A stretch of DNA of 64,000 nucleotides from a virus (taxonomy: Duplodnaviria > Caudoviricetes): IMG/VR virus record IMGVR_UViG_3300014205_000170, positions 320,001 to 384,000 of that record, one strand, 5' to 3'. A model generated the notes under the pieces. It was not told the DNA's origin. It searched no databases and saw only the letters and a program-made list of their open reading frames with translations. This document shows positions 10,343 through 19,466 of this stretch, in pieces (within the stretch, counting starts at the first letter, position 1; the number at the start of each line of letters is the position of its first letter). Position numbers and translations under genes: made by a program.

Positions 10343-10770
10343 TTACTTACACCAGTAAGATTTATTGTCTTCTGCAATATAATAATAGTTACGCGTTACA
10401 TCATCATAAATGATATTGTAATAATATCCATTATTATAATAAAAAATAATTTACCATCTGAAGTTTGTTTAAATCTAATATTGTTGTGCATATAATCATA
10501 TAATTGATTATTCATAAAATCGAATACTGGCTCTAAGTGTATTTTTAAAGAAAATATTTCTGCTTTTAATTTTTCATTCTCATTTCGTAAACTATCCATA
10601 TCATTTTTAAATGACATAACTTGTTCTTTTGTAAATTTCACATCTTCTTTCTGAGTATTATAAGTGTGAATTTCCTTGAAAATAATCCAAGAAATTGAGC
10701 AAATTGCACAAACAGCCGTTAAAATTGTTGAAACAGCCTTAAATTTATCTGATATTATATTTAATCCCAT
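10343..10770 (-). CDS. Single-TM coiled-coil protein, apparently frameshifted at a T6 run (10441-10446)
   Basis: Zero frame stops at 10396; the -1 frame continues YYNNGYYYNIIYDDVTRNYYYIAEDNKSYWCK to TAA at 10343. Confidence 0.5.
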
Positions 10771-10795
10771 AATATGTAAATATTCAAAAAATCAC

Positions 10796-10803
10796 TATAT
10801 TTG
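10796..10803 (+). promoter_or_regulatory. Bacteroidota-type sigma-A -7 box
   Basis: TATATTTG 21 nt upstream of the ORF at 10825. Confidence 0.5.
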
Positions 10804-10824
10804 TCTCAAATTAAGGAGTAAATA

Positions 10825-11415
10825 ATGGAAACCCCAGAATGGATTCGTACTTATAGTGGAAAAAAATTTTACGTTTTTAACCCACGTTTAAAAGATATTT
10901 CAATAGAAGATATTGCACATGCTCTAAGCTTAATGTGTAGATTTACTGGACATACAGAAGAATTGTATTCAGTAGGTCAACATTCACTTATAGTAATGGA
11001 ATTATGCCCAGAAGAATTTAAATTAGAAGGTTTAACTCATGATTTTCCGGAAGCATATATTACAGATTTAGCTACACCAGTCAAAAGAAGAATGCCAAGT
11101 TTTAAAGAATGTGAAGATACTCTTCATACAGCAATAGCTAAAAAGTTTCATTTGCAATTTCCAATGCCTAAAATTATTAAAGAAATTGACCAAGAAGTTT
11201 TTAAGATGGAGTGGGCATATTTGATGGAAAGGAATAAAACTTTGAAAAATAATAAATTTCGCATGAGTAAAGAGGAATTTAAGATTTTATCTCCAAAAGA
11301 AGTAGAAAGAAGGATAATTGAGAGTTTTAATCAGTTGTATGCCAAGAGATTAACAAAAGTAAAAACCGAATCGATTTATAGTAACATTTTAACGAAAAAA
11401 TCGTTAAAACAATAA
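10825..11415 (+). CDS. HD-domain phosphohydrolase (YfdR/YfbR-like 5'-deoxynucleotidase)
   Basis: IEDIAHALS..CRFTGH, YSVGQHS, HDFPEAYITD. Confidence 0.8.
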   Translation: METPEWIRTYSGKKFYVFNPRLKDISIEDIAHALSLMCRFTGHTEELYSVGQHSLIVMELCPEEFKLEGLTHDFPEAYITDLATPVKRRMPSFKECEDTLHTAIAKKFHLQFPMPKIIKEIDQEVFKMEWAYLMERNKTLKNNKFRMSKEEFKILSPKEVERRIIESFNQLYAKRLTKVKTESIYSNILTKKSLKQ

Positions 11416-11424
11416 ATACCTACT

Positions 11425-12207
11425 ATGAAAAATGTCTTATTAATCATTGACCCTCAAAATGATTTTTGTTTACCAACCGGAAGTCTTTATGTTAAAGGAG
11501 CCGATAAGGATATGGAACGATTAGCTTCTTTTATATTAAAAAATATAGAACATATTGACGAAATACATGTTAGTCGTGATATGCATAATTATGATGACAT
11601 TGCTCATGCAAGGTATTGGAAAAATTTTAATGGAGAACTTCCAAAACCTTTTACTAATATCACAGTAGATGATATGAAAAATGGAATTTGGACAACAGCA
11701 AAAGAAGAAGATTATGAAATTGCATTGAAGTATCTTCAAACATTAAAAGATAAAAATAAATTTACACATACAATTTGGCCAGACCATTGTGTTCATGGGA
11801 CAACAGGATTTCAACTTTTCCCTGCTTTAAATGATGTTTTGAATATTTGGGAAGGAAAAACCGAAAAATCTTATATCGTTTATGTTAAAGGAATGAATAG
11901 AAATACGGAACATTTTGGAATGTTTCAAACAGAAGACGATTCAGAAGAATTTAATGAACAAGCATTTAGAAATATTTTTTCAAAAGCGGATAATGTATTT
12001 GTTTCTGGGGAAGCAAAATCACATTGTGTTGCAACTTCTTTACAACAAATAATGGAGCGTGATTCCGAGATGATTTCAAAAATTACCTTATTAACTGATG
12101 CAACATCAGATGTTGAGGGGTTAGGGCATTTAGCAAGTCCTATCTATAAAAAATTACGCGCAAAAGGAATGAAAGAAAATACTACAATAGAAATCACTCT
12201 TGATTAA
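11425..12207 (+). CDS. pncA: Nicotinamidase (isochorismatase/cysteine hydrolase family)
   Basis: IIDPQNDFC, D.H, WPDHCV.GT.G, KG.N..TEH, GEAKSHCV. Confidence 0.75.
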   Translation: MKNVLLIIDPQNDFCLPTGSLYVKGADKDMERLASFILKNIEHIDEIHVSRDMHNYDDIAHARYWKNFNGELPKPFTNITVDDMKNGIWTTAKEEDYEIALKYLQTLKDKNKFTHTIWPDHCVHGTTGFQLFPALNDVLNIWEGKTEKSYIVYVKGMNRNTEHFGMFQTEDDSEEFNEQAFRNIFSKADNVFVSGEAKSHCVATSLQQIMERDSEMISKITLLTDATSDVEGLGHLASPIYKKLRAKGMKENTTIEITLD

Positions 12208-12958
12208 TCCATTTACTATAATACAAGGATTTGACGCAAACTTAGCTGAAAACGGTAAAGTAATTGCTATTGCTTCTAGTGCAGCAGGTGGTAGAACTAC
12301 TACTGCTAGTTCTTTAATATATCATTATATAAATCTAGGAATCAATGTTTTTTTATTTTCAGAAGATAAAAAACATTCTGATGTTTTGTTAGAAGAAATT
12401 AAAAATCAAAAAACAGAAAATCAAAATATAGGTTGTTTAATTACGTTTTCTGTTGAAAATTTAAATTATTACTATATTAATGAAAATATTAGAAAAAATC
12501 TACGTTTTTTAACAGGCAATAGTATTGTTGTTATAGATAATAGCTTTTATGAAATATCATTAAAATTTTTTAGCGAAAGGCCAGAAAATGTATTTAGTCG
12601 TTTTGTGTTAACTGAAAAAACTATTATTCTAGATGAATCAAAATCAGATATATTTTATCAAACTCTTTTAAATAAAAAAAGATTTTTGGAACATATAAGA
12701 AAAATAGCATATAACTTTAATATACCAGTTATATTAACAGCCCAGCAAATAAGAACTACAAATAGCAATACTGATTATTTTGGTACTACATTAATGTATA
12801 TGTGTGATGTGTATCTACAATCAGAGAAACTAACAAACAATAGAAAATTTAATTTAAAAGTTATAAAAAGCAGATACGCATCAGCTGCCCAAAATGTTAT
12901 TTGTGAAATTGATGCGAAAAAGTTAATGTTTGTAACAAATTCAAGGATTTTACGTTAA
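12200..12958 (+). CDS. Degenerate RecA/DnaB-fold ATPase-like protein
   Basis: Walker A region SSAAGGRTT, FSED, IVVID, IPVILTAQ..R, LKVIKSRY. Confidence 0.55.
   Translation: MINPFTIIQGFDANLAENGKVIAIASSAAGGRTTTASSLIYHYINLGINVFLFSEDKKHSDVLLEEIKNQKTENQNIGCLITFSVENLNYYYINENIRKNLRFLTGNSIVVIDNSFYEISLKFFSERPENVFSRFVLTEKTIILDESKSDIFYQTLLNKKRFLEHIRKIAYNFNIPVILTAQQIRTTNSNTDYFGTTLMYMCDVYLQSEKLTNNRKFNLKVIKSRYASAAQNVICEIDAKKLMFVTNSRILR
12931..12956 (+). promoter_or_regulatory. Putative ECF-sigma-type promoter TGTAAC-N16-CGTT
   Basis: Same spacing recurs at 11381, 22075, 23709, 29601, 32798, 35291 and 52836. Confidence 0.6.
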
Positions 12959-12976
12959 AATTAAAAAACACAAAAA

Positions 12977-13663
12977 ATGGCAAAGAAAAGATGGACAGAG
13001 TTATTTGTAACAAAGAATGAAAGCTCAGAAGAGCAAAATACTTCTAATTCAAATAATGAGAAGAATACTACTCAAAATAATACCGTTATAAATACTACTA
13101 ATACTAGTAATTTTTTACAAAATTCTACAACTAACAGCAATTCTGGAGCTGTAGACCAAAATTTGATAAATAAATTACAGAGCATTTTTGATAGTGCGAA
13201 TATGCCTGGCCCAGACCTGCATGAATTTATTGTTGCAGTAAAAAAATTAGAAAACAAATCAATAGATGATAAAACCAAATATGAAATGGTTTTTGATGCA
13301 CAAAGTTCAGTAGGTTTAACTAAACAAAAACTTATTGATAGTGGAAAATTTTATATCGACACTTTTAATGATGTAAAGTCTGAATTTGAAAAAGAATACA
13401 AAACAACCTTACAAAATTCAGTAACCAGTCTCAATACTCAGGCAGATAATGTAATTAAAGAAAATGCAGATTTCCAAAAAAGTATTGAAGATATAAATAA
13501 AAAAATTCAAGAAAACTTAATAAGAATGCAAAAACTTAGAACAGACGCATCTGTAAATGAAAATAAGTTGATGCAAGAAAAAATGGCTTTTGAAGGGACT
13601 TTCTCAACATTTTTATCAGGTATTCAAAAATACATTGATGGAGTAAATGTGCATATTAATTAA
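12977..13663 (+). CDS. Hypothetical helical/coiled-coil protein, first gene of ABC module
   Basis: Asn/Thr low-complexity linker, N.PGPD..EF motif, coiled-coil C-terminus. Confidence 0.65.
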   Translation: MAKKRWTELFVTKNESSEEQNTSNSNNEKNTTQNNTVINTTNTSNFLQNSTTNSNSGAVDQNLINKLQSIFDSANMPGPDLHEFIVAVKKLENKSIDDKTKYEMVFDAQSSVGLTKQKLIDSGKFYIDTFNDVKSEFEKEYKTTLQNSVTSLNTQADNVIKENADFQKSIEDINKKIQENLIRMQKLRTDASVNENKLMQEKMAFEGTFSTFLSGIQKYIDGVNVHIN

Positions 13664-13693
13664 ATCGTAAATTAAAAAACAAAACAAAATAAA

Positions 13694-14710
13694 ATGAATC
13701 TACCAGTTGTTCAATCAAATGATTCTTCAAATAAGAAGAAATTTAAACCGGAACATATCACTCAAGTTTTAGTAGGTGGTGCTCTTATTTATGCATTATA
13801 TTCCGCTGTACCTTTTTTACTTGGAGCTATCCATGGTGCAGTATTGTTAGGAATATTAGGTGCAATACTTTGTATTACGTTTGGAGTGGGTAAAATCGGC
13901 GGAGGCATTCGAAGACTTATTACAACAGCGTTTGTTATTGGTATTAGAGCTTTAACATCGGCTTTTGTAAAAGTTAATCCTTGGGCCATAGTTAAAAATC
14001 ATATTAAAAATATGAAACAATCTCGCGAAGAGATGGATGCTCAAATTACAAACTTAAATGAAGCTGTTGGAAACAATGAATTGCTCATTGAAAAAAATAC
14101 TGCTGAAATGAAGGATGAAAAAGACTGGGGCAGAAAAGAAATTGAGAAAGGAAATAAAGAGAAAGCGGCAGTACATGCAAATCAAGTTGGTCGTCTTGAT
14201 AAATTCAATTCAAAATTAATTACCTTAACTGGTAAAATGCGTTACTTACTTGGATTTTTGGAAAATTTACATGAAAAAGTAGGATACTCAATTACTGATT
14301 TGGAAAATGACCTTAAAGTTCAAGAAATGGAGTATAAGTCTTTATTAGCCGGTACTAATGCTTTTCAAAAGGCCATGAACATTTATAAAGGAAATGTAGA
14401 TGAACTTGAATTGAAAAATATGGCGATTGAAGAAATTGAAACTAAAATAGGTAACTTCCGTGGTCAAATAGATAAAGCATTGCGTGATTCTTCTAAATTT
14501 ATGGCAAGTATGGAAACTATGGATGAAGTAAATATTGAAAGAGGTTTAAAATTATTAGAAAATTTTGACGACAATCAATATGATGACATTTTAAAACAAT
14601 TAGATGCTAATCCGGTTAACTCAGCAGTTAAAATACAGGCCAATCAAGGACAAAACAAATATGGTTCTTTTTTAAATAATAATGTTAAAGACGTAGAAAT
14701 TCAAAAATAA
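13694..14710 (+). CDS. Membrane-anchored PspA-like coiled-coil protein
   Basis: Two N-terminal TM segments, then NP.AI....I..M and a long heptad region. Confidence 0.55.
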   Translation: MNLPVVQSNDSSNKKKFKPEHITQVLVGGALIYALYSAVPFLLGAIHGAVLLGILGAILCITFGVGKIGGGIRRLITTAFVIGIRALTSAFVKVNPWAIVKNHIKNMKQSREEMDAQITNLNEAVGNNELLIEKNTAEMKDEKDWGRKEIEKGNKEKAAVHANQVGRLDKFNSKLITLTGKMRYLLGFLENLHEKVGYSITDLENDLKVQEMEYKSLLAGTNAFQKAMNIYKGNVDELELKNMAIEEIETKIGNFRGQIDKALRDSSKFMASMETMDEVNIERGLKLLENFDDNQYDDILKQLDANPVNSAVKIQANQGQNKYGSFLNNNVKDVEIQK

Positions 14711-14764
14711 AACAAAAAATAAATCCAAAACAAAAACAAATAAAAAACAAAAAAAACAAAAATT

Positions 14765-16300
14765 ATGGGAAAGTATACACTTGGGCCAGCGACTAAAATA
14801 TTAGGAATCGTGGCAATCTTAGCAGCAGTATGGTATTTTACACCTTCAAGCTGGTTTTCAAAAACTTCTGGTAAATCCTCAAAAGGAGAAGATATTAGCA
14901 CACCATTATCCGCAGACGAAACAGAAGATGTAATTACAATCGCTGTTCCTACTTGGGGTGGTTATGCCGGTGCGCAGTATTTTAATAACGGATTTAAAGC
15001 AAATAAAGAATCTCGTTTTTATACTGAATATGGGATTTTGGTTGAATTTAAATTAATTGATGATTTCAATGATTCTCGTAATGCATGGAAAAGCGGAGAT
15101 ATTGATTTATTATGGGCAACTGCTGATGCATTCCCAACCGAAGCCGGTGGATTATCAGAATTTAAACCACAAATTTTCTTTCAATGTGATTGGTCTCGCG
15201 GTGGTGATGCTATTGTAGTGCGTCAAGGTATTAAAACTGTATCTGACCTTAAAGGTAAAAAGATTGCAGTTGCACCTATGACTCCATCACATACTTTTTT
15301 ACTTAATTTATTTAAAGCAGGTGAAATTGAAATGAAGGATGTAACTATTATAGAAGTTGCAAATGCAATTGATGCTGCTGATTTATTTAAAAAAGGAGAA
15401 GTTGATGCAGCAGTTTGTTGGAGTCCAGATGATGAAGATTGTGTTGCTAAAGTAAAAGGCTCAAAAGTATTAGTTAATACAAAAACAGCTACAAATATTA
15501 TTGCCGATGTATTTGTTATTAAACAAGATTACTTAGATAAAAACGCTAAAAAACTTGCTAAACTTGTTGAAGGTTGGTTAAAGGGTAATGCTGAGTTAAA
15601 CGCATCAGAAGAAAAATGTAAAGATGCTGCAAAAATTTTAGCAGATGGTTTAAATCAACCAGAAGATTTTTGCTTAACAGCTATTAAAAATGCAAGATTA
15701 TGTACATTTGGAGATAATCAAAATTTCTTTAATGTTACAGGTAAATTTACAGGAGTAACTGGCGAAGCCCTATATAACAACATGAGTATTTTATATTCAA
15801 AAGTGGGTTATTTAAAGAAAAATGTTTCTTGGAGAAATGTAGGTAATTCAGATATTATCAACATGGTTGATTTATCAAATGAAAAAGGTCAGGAAGCAGA
15901 AGTTGATTTTAAATTTACAGCTACTACTGATAAAATGAAGACCGAAGAAGCTATCTCTTCTAAAAAAGTTAGCATTTCTTTTGCGACTGGCCAATGGGAG
16001 CTTGATGATAATACAAAATATATTATCGACCATGAATTTATCGACATTGCAAAAGGATTCTCTAATTCACGTATAAGGATTGAAGGAAATACTGATAATA
16101 CCGGTAATACTTCTCAAAACAAATCTTTATCTTATAAGAGAGCACAATCAGTTGCAAATTATCTTCAAACAACACATGGATTTGATTCTAATCGTTTCGT
16201 GATTGTAGGTAATGGTCCTGATAAACCGGTTTCCGATAATCATACGGAAGAAGGAAAAAGAAAGAACCGTCGTACTGATTTCGAATTGTTACCTAATTAA
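14765..16300 (+). CDS. ABC substrate-binding protein (NMT1/SsuA-like) fused to a C-terminal OmpA-like peptidoglycan-binding domain
   Basis: TM anchor; TWGGYA, DWSRGGDAIV, LKGKKIAV; C-terminal IEGNTDNTG...NKSLS.KRA.SV and NRRTDF. Confidence 0.85.
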   Translation: MGKYTLGPATKILGIVAILAAVWYFTPSSWFSKTSGKSSKGEDISTPLSADETEDVITIAVPTWGGYAGAQYFNNGFKANKESRFYTEYGILVEFKLIDDFNDSRNAWKSGDIDLLWATADAFPTEAGGLSEFKPQIFFQCDWSRGGDAIVVRQGIKTVSDLKGKKIAVAPMTPSHTFLLNLFKAGEIEMKDVTIIEVANAIDAADLFKKGEVDAAVCWSPDDEDCVAKVKGSKVLVNTKTATNIIADVFVIKQDYLDKNAKKLAKLVEGWLKGNAELNASEEKCKDAAKILADGLNQPEDFCLTAIKNARLCTFGDNQNFFNVTGKFTGVTGEALYNNMSILYSKVGYLKKNVSWRNVGNSDIINMVDLSNEKGQEAEVDFKFTATTDKMKTEEAISSKKVSISFATGQWELDDNTKYIIDHEFIDIAKGFSNSRIRIEGNTDNTGNTSQNKSLSYKRAQSVANYLQTTHGFDSNRFVIVGNGPDKPVSDNHTEEGKRKNRRTDFELLPN

Positions 16301-16307
16301 TTTTAAC

Positions 16308-16335
16308 AAGAAGGGCTTTTAATCGAGCCCTTCTT
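16308..16335 (+). terminator. Intergenic hairpin after SBP gene (partial terminator or mRNA stabiliser)
   Basis: AAGAAGGGCT/AGCCCTTCTT stem with weak U-tract. Confidence 0.55.
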
Positions 16336-16348
16336 AATTTTAAACAAT

Positions 16349-17134
16349 ATGTCAAACAAACTTTTTAAACTTAGAGGAGTCGTTGATAAACGATGGGTAA
16401 TTGCTTTAGAAACTGGAGGAATAATCTTATTTTTATTAATATGGCAACTCTTATCTTTTAGATTTCCAGCAGCAGTATTACCATCTCCTGGAGAAGTTTT
16501 ATCTTCTTTTGGAGAATTAAATACACAAGATTTTCTTATTGAAAATACGATGTATTCAATTAAATTAAATTATTATGGTTATTTTGAGGCGATTCTAATT
16601 GCAGTACCATTAGGTTTTCTTATTGGATTATTTCCATTTTTTAAACATATTGCAAGTAAACATGTAGATGCAACAAGATTTATTCCATTAACTGCAATTA
16701 CCGGACTTTTTATTGCTTGGTTTGGCATTCAAGATGGAATGAAAATCCATTTCTTAGCATTTGGTATTATTGTTTATTTGTTACCAGTTGTAGTTCAGCG
16801 AATTTCAGAAGTTGAAGAAGTATATATTCAAACTATACACACTTTAGGTGGTTCTACATTACAAAAGATTTTTCTTGTTTTTGTTCCTGCTGTGTTATCA
16901 AAACTTTTTGATGATATTCGCGTATTAGTTGCTATTAGCTGGACTTATATTATCGTTGCAGAAATGATAAATAAAGAACACGGTATAGGAGCAATGATTT
17001 TTACAGCAGCAAGACAATCACGACTTGATAAAGTATTTGCTATTTTATTTGTGATTATTATAGTAGGTTTTTTACAAGATAAATTATTTAAACTTGTTGA
17101 TAACATGATTTTTAGACACAAATACCAAAAATAA
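16349..17134 (+). CDS. ABC transporter permease (SsuC/TauC-like)
   Basis: LPSPGEV, multiple TMs, EAA-like loop, SWTYIIVAEM. Confidence 0.9.
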   Translation: MSNKLFKLRGVVDKRWVIALETGGIILFLLIWQLLSFRFPAAVLPSPGEVLSSFGELNTQDFLIENTMYSIKLNYYGYFEAILIAVPLGFLIGLFPFFKHIASKHVDATRFIPLTAITGLFIAWFGIQDGMKIHFLAFGIIVYLLPVVVQRISEVEEVYIQTIHTLGGSTLQKIFLVFVPAVLSKLFDDIRVLVAISWTYIIVAEMINKEHGIGAMIFTAARQSRLDKVFAILFVIIIVGFLQDKLFKLVDNMIFRHKYQK

Positions 17135-17937
17135 TGGAAACAGTTAAATTTATAAATACAGAATTACCTGACCTTATTGAGTTAAAAGGCATTAAACAAA
17201 CTTACGATAACAACAAGAAAATAGTTCTTGATAATTTAGATTTACTTATAGAAGACAAACCAAATGCAGCACAATCAGTAGCTATATTAGGAGAGTCCGG
17301 ATGTGGTAAATCAACACTTTTAAGATATATTTGTGGTTTACAAATACCAACAGAAGGAGATGTTTTAATTCGTGGTAAAAAAATCGAACGCAAAGATAGA
17401 ACCGGAATGGTATTCCAACAATACTCGTCTTTGCCTTGGTTAACGGTTTTAGATAATGTTGCACTCGGATTAAAAATTCAAGGAATTGCAAGAAGCGAAA
17501 GAGAAGACCGAGCCATGGAAATGATACGTACTGTAGGTTTAGAAGGTCATGAAAATAAGTATGCAATGTATCCTTCTTTATCTGGAGGTCAATTACAAAG
17601 AGTAGCCATTGGAAGAAGTTTATTGACCAATCCTGACATGATTGTAATGGATGAGCCATTTGGAGCTTTAGACATTAACACTAGGTCTAAAATGCAGGAT
17701 ATGATGCTAAAAATATTGGAAAAATATCAACCAACAGTTGTGTTTGTAACACATGATATTGCGGAAGCTGTATATGTAGCTGATGATGTTTTTATTATGA
17801 AAGCAAATCCTGGACAAATTGTAAAACATATAAAAGTAAGCGAAATGATTTTGGGTCCAAAAACTCGTTTAACAAAAAGAAGCAAAGAATTCATTGATAC
17901 TGTTTGTATGATTGAAGATTTTATGACAAGTATGTAA
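17134..17937 (+). CDS. ABC transporter ATP-binding subunit (SsuB/TauB-like)
   Basis: GESGCGKST, LSGGQLQR, MDEPFGALD, VTHD. Confidence 0.95.
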   Translation: METVKFINTELPDLIELKGIKQTYDNNKKIVLDNLDLLIEDKPNAAQSVAILGESGCGKSTLLRYICGLQIPTEGDVLIRGKKIERKDRTGMVFQQYSSLPWLTVLDNVALGLKIQGIARSEREDRAMEMIRTVGLEGHENKYAMYPSLSGGQLQRVAIGRSLLTNPDMIVMDEPFGALDINTRSKMQDMMLKILEKYQPTVVFVTHDIAEAVYVADDVFIMKANPGQIVKHIKVSEMILGPKTRLTKRSKEFIDTVCMIEDFMTSM

Positions 17938-17938
17938 T

Positions 17939-18706
17939 ATGCAAAAAATCTTTTTTATCATATTGTTTTTTATATCCTTATCAGGATATTCAAACAAAGA
18001 TTCAATTAATGTTGATACAACTAAATGTAAAATCGAAAGTTTTTATGAAGTAAATTTATCAAGTAGAAATATTTGGAGAGGAATCGATTTTGGAAATTAC
18101 AGTCCTTGTGTGTTTGGATTAGTTGGAATTACATATAAAAAACTTGAAATAGGTGCTTATGGAATTACATCTCTAACTGGAACTAACATTGGATATGGCA
18201 ATACTTTTAATGTTTATTCAGCATTAAAATTTAAATACATTTCTTTCTATATTGAAGATTATTATTTTAACGGTGATATTTCTAATATTCAAACAGATTA
18301 TCTAGATTGGAATAATACACATTTTCTTGAAAATAGAATAAAAATTGAGCATAAAGGATTTCATCTTATAGGTGGTTATACACTTGCCGGTGGTAAATTT
18401 TACAACATAACTTCACCTTTTAATAATACACAAGCAGTATATTTAGAAGTTGGATACAAACTTAAACATTGGTCTTTATCTATTGGTGGAATTACTGGAC
18501 CTAGCGCTTTAAATTTTCACGACAAAGAGGGGATAACAAACATTCTTTTAAAACATAAAAGTGAGATACAAAAATTAGGAAACCTACCAGTTGAAATTGG
18601 AATGTGTTATAATCCTAATTACAATAATATTGCACCAAAAGGTATTCCTCGTTATGGATACGGAAATAATGCATTTAATTTTTTAATAACAATCATATTA
18701 ATTTAA
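17939..18706 (+). CDS. Putative outer-membrane beta-barrel protein
   Basis: Signal peptide; SRNIWRGID motif; alternating aromatic/Gly beta strands. Confidence 0.55.
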   Translation: MQKIFFIILFFISLSGYSNKDSINVDTTKCKIESFYEVNLSSRNIWRGIDFGNYSPCVFGLVGITYKKLEIGAYGITSLTGTNIGYGNTFNVYSALKFKYISFYIEDYYFNGDISNIQTDYLDWNNTHFLENRIKIEHKGFHLIGGYTLAGGKFYNITSPFNNTQAVYLEVGYKLKHWSLSIGGITGPSALNFHDKEGITNILLKHKSEIQKLGNLPVEIGMCYNPNYNNIAPKGIPRYGYGNNAFNFLITIILI

Positions 18707-18708
18707 AA

Positions 18709-19464
18709 ATGGAAAAACGCATAAAAGAGTTAAGAAGTCAACTAGAAGCAGTTGGTCTTACAAGAAAAACTAATTTCTTTTCACTTAATAAAGAACAATT
18801 AAGTGCAGAAACATTATCTTGGACAATTAAAGAATATTCGGCATTATCAAATTCTGCCATCCATCTTTTAATGGATTCTGCAGTAAGAGTTCATGATTGG
18901 GAAAAATTAAAAAATGAAGTTTTAGAAAACATTAATGAAGAAATGGGACTTGAAACAAAAAAAGTTCCTCATCTTGAAATGATGCGAATTGGATATATGA
19001 AAGAATTAGGTATTATTACAGATGAGGTGATACCATCTGATGTTACTAAATCTTTTTTAAATCACATTACAAAAGTTTTCAAACACAATGATAACGCTTT
19101 TCAGGCCGGCGCGTTATTAGCTTTAGAAGGAAGTGCAGTAGAAGAATTTCATATTATGGATGAAATTATTCAAGAATATGCGAAGAAAAGTAAATTAGAT
19201 TTTCAAAAAAATTGGTTAACCAACCTTTATATAGATGGTCATAAGACTTTCGAAATTGGTCATGAGCAACATTTGTTAGATGCTATGTTGCCATATATTA
19301 CAGAAGAAAATTTTTCTAAATTTGAATTAGGATATTCAATAGTAGTAAAATTATTTTCAACTTGGTGGCAACAATTATCTTTAGAAACAGAAGTGTTTCA
19401 ACTAAACAGGAAAATCGCTACAATAAACACTGAAGAACCAGATTTACATAAAGTCTTCGCATAA
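18709..19464 (+). CDS. Heme-oxygenase-like diiron protein (CADD/PqqC-like)
   Basis: ENINEEMG....PH, ALE and H...E..H ligand pattern. Confidence 0.65.
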   Translation: MEKRIKELRSQLEAVGLTRKTNFFSLNKEQLSAETLSWTIKEYSALSNSAIHLLMDSAVRVHDWEKLKNEVLENINEEMGLETKKVPHLEMMRIGYMKELGIITDEVIPSDVTKSFLNHITKVFKHNDNAFQAGALLALEGSAVEEFHIMDEIIQEYAKKSKLDFQKNWLTNLYIDGHKTFEIGHEQHLLDAMLPYITEENFSKFELGYSIVVKLFSTWWQQLSLETEVFQLNRKIATINTEEPDLHKVFA

Positions 19465-19466
19465 AC

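Noticed and set aside
18709-19464. TenA thiaminase forming a thiamine salvage pathway with the NMT1-like SBP
   Set aside because: The protein has no Cys and shows a diiron E/H ligand pattern instead
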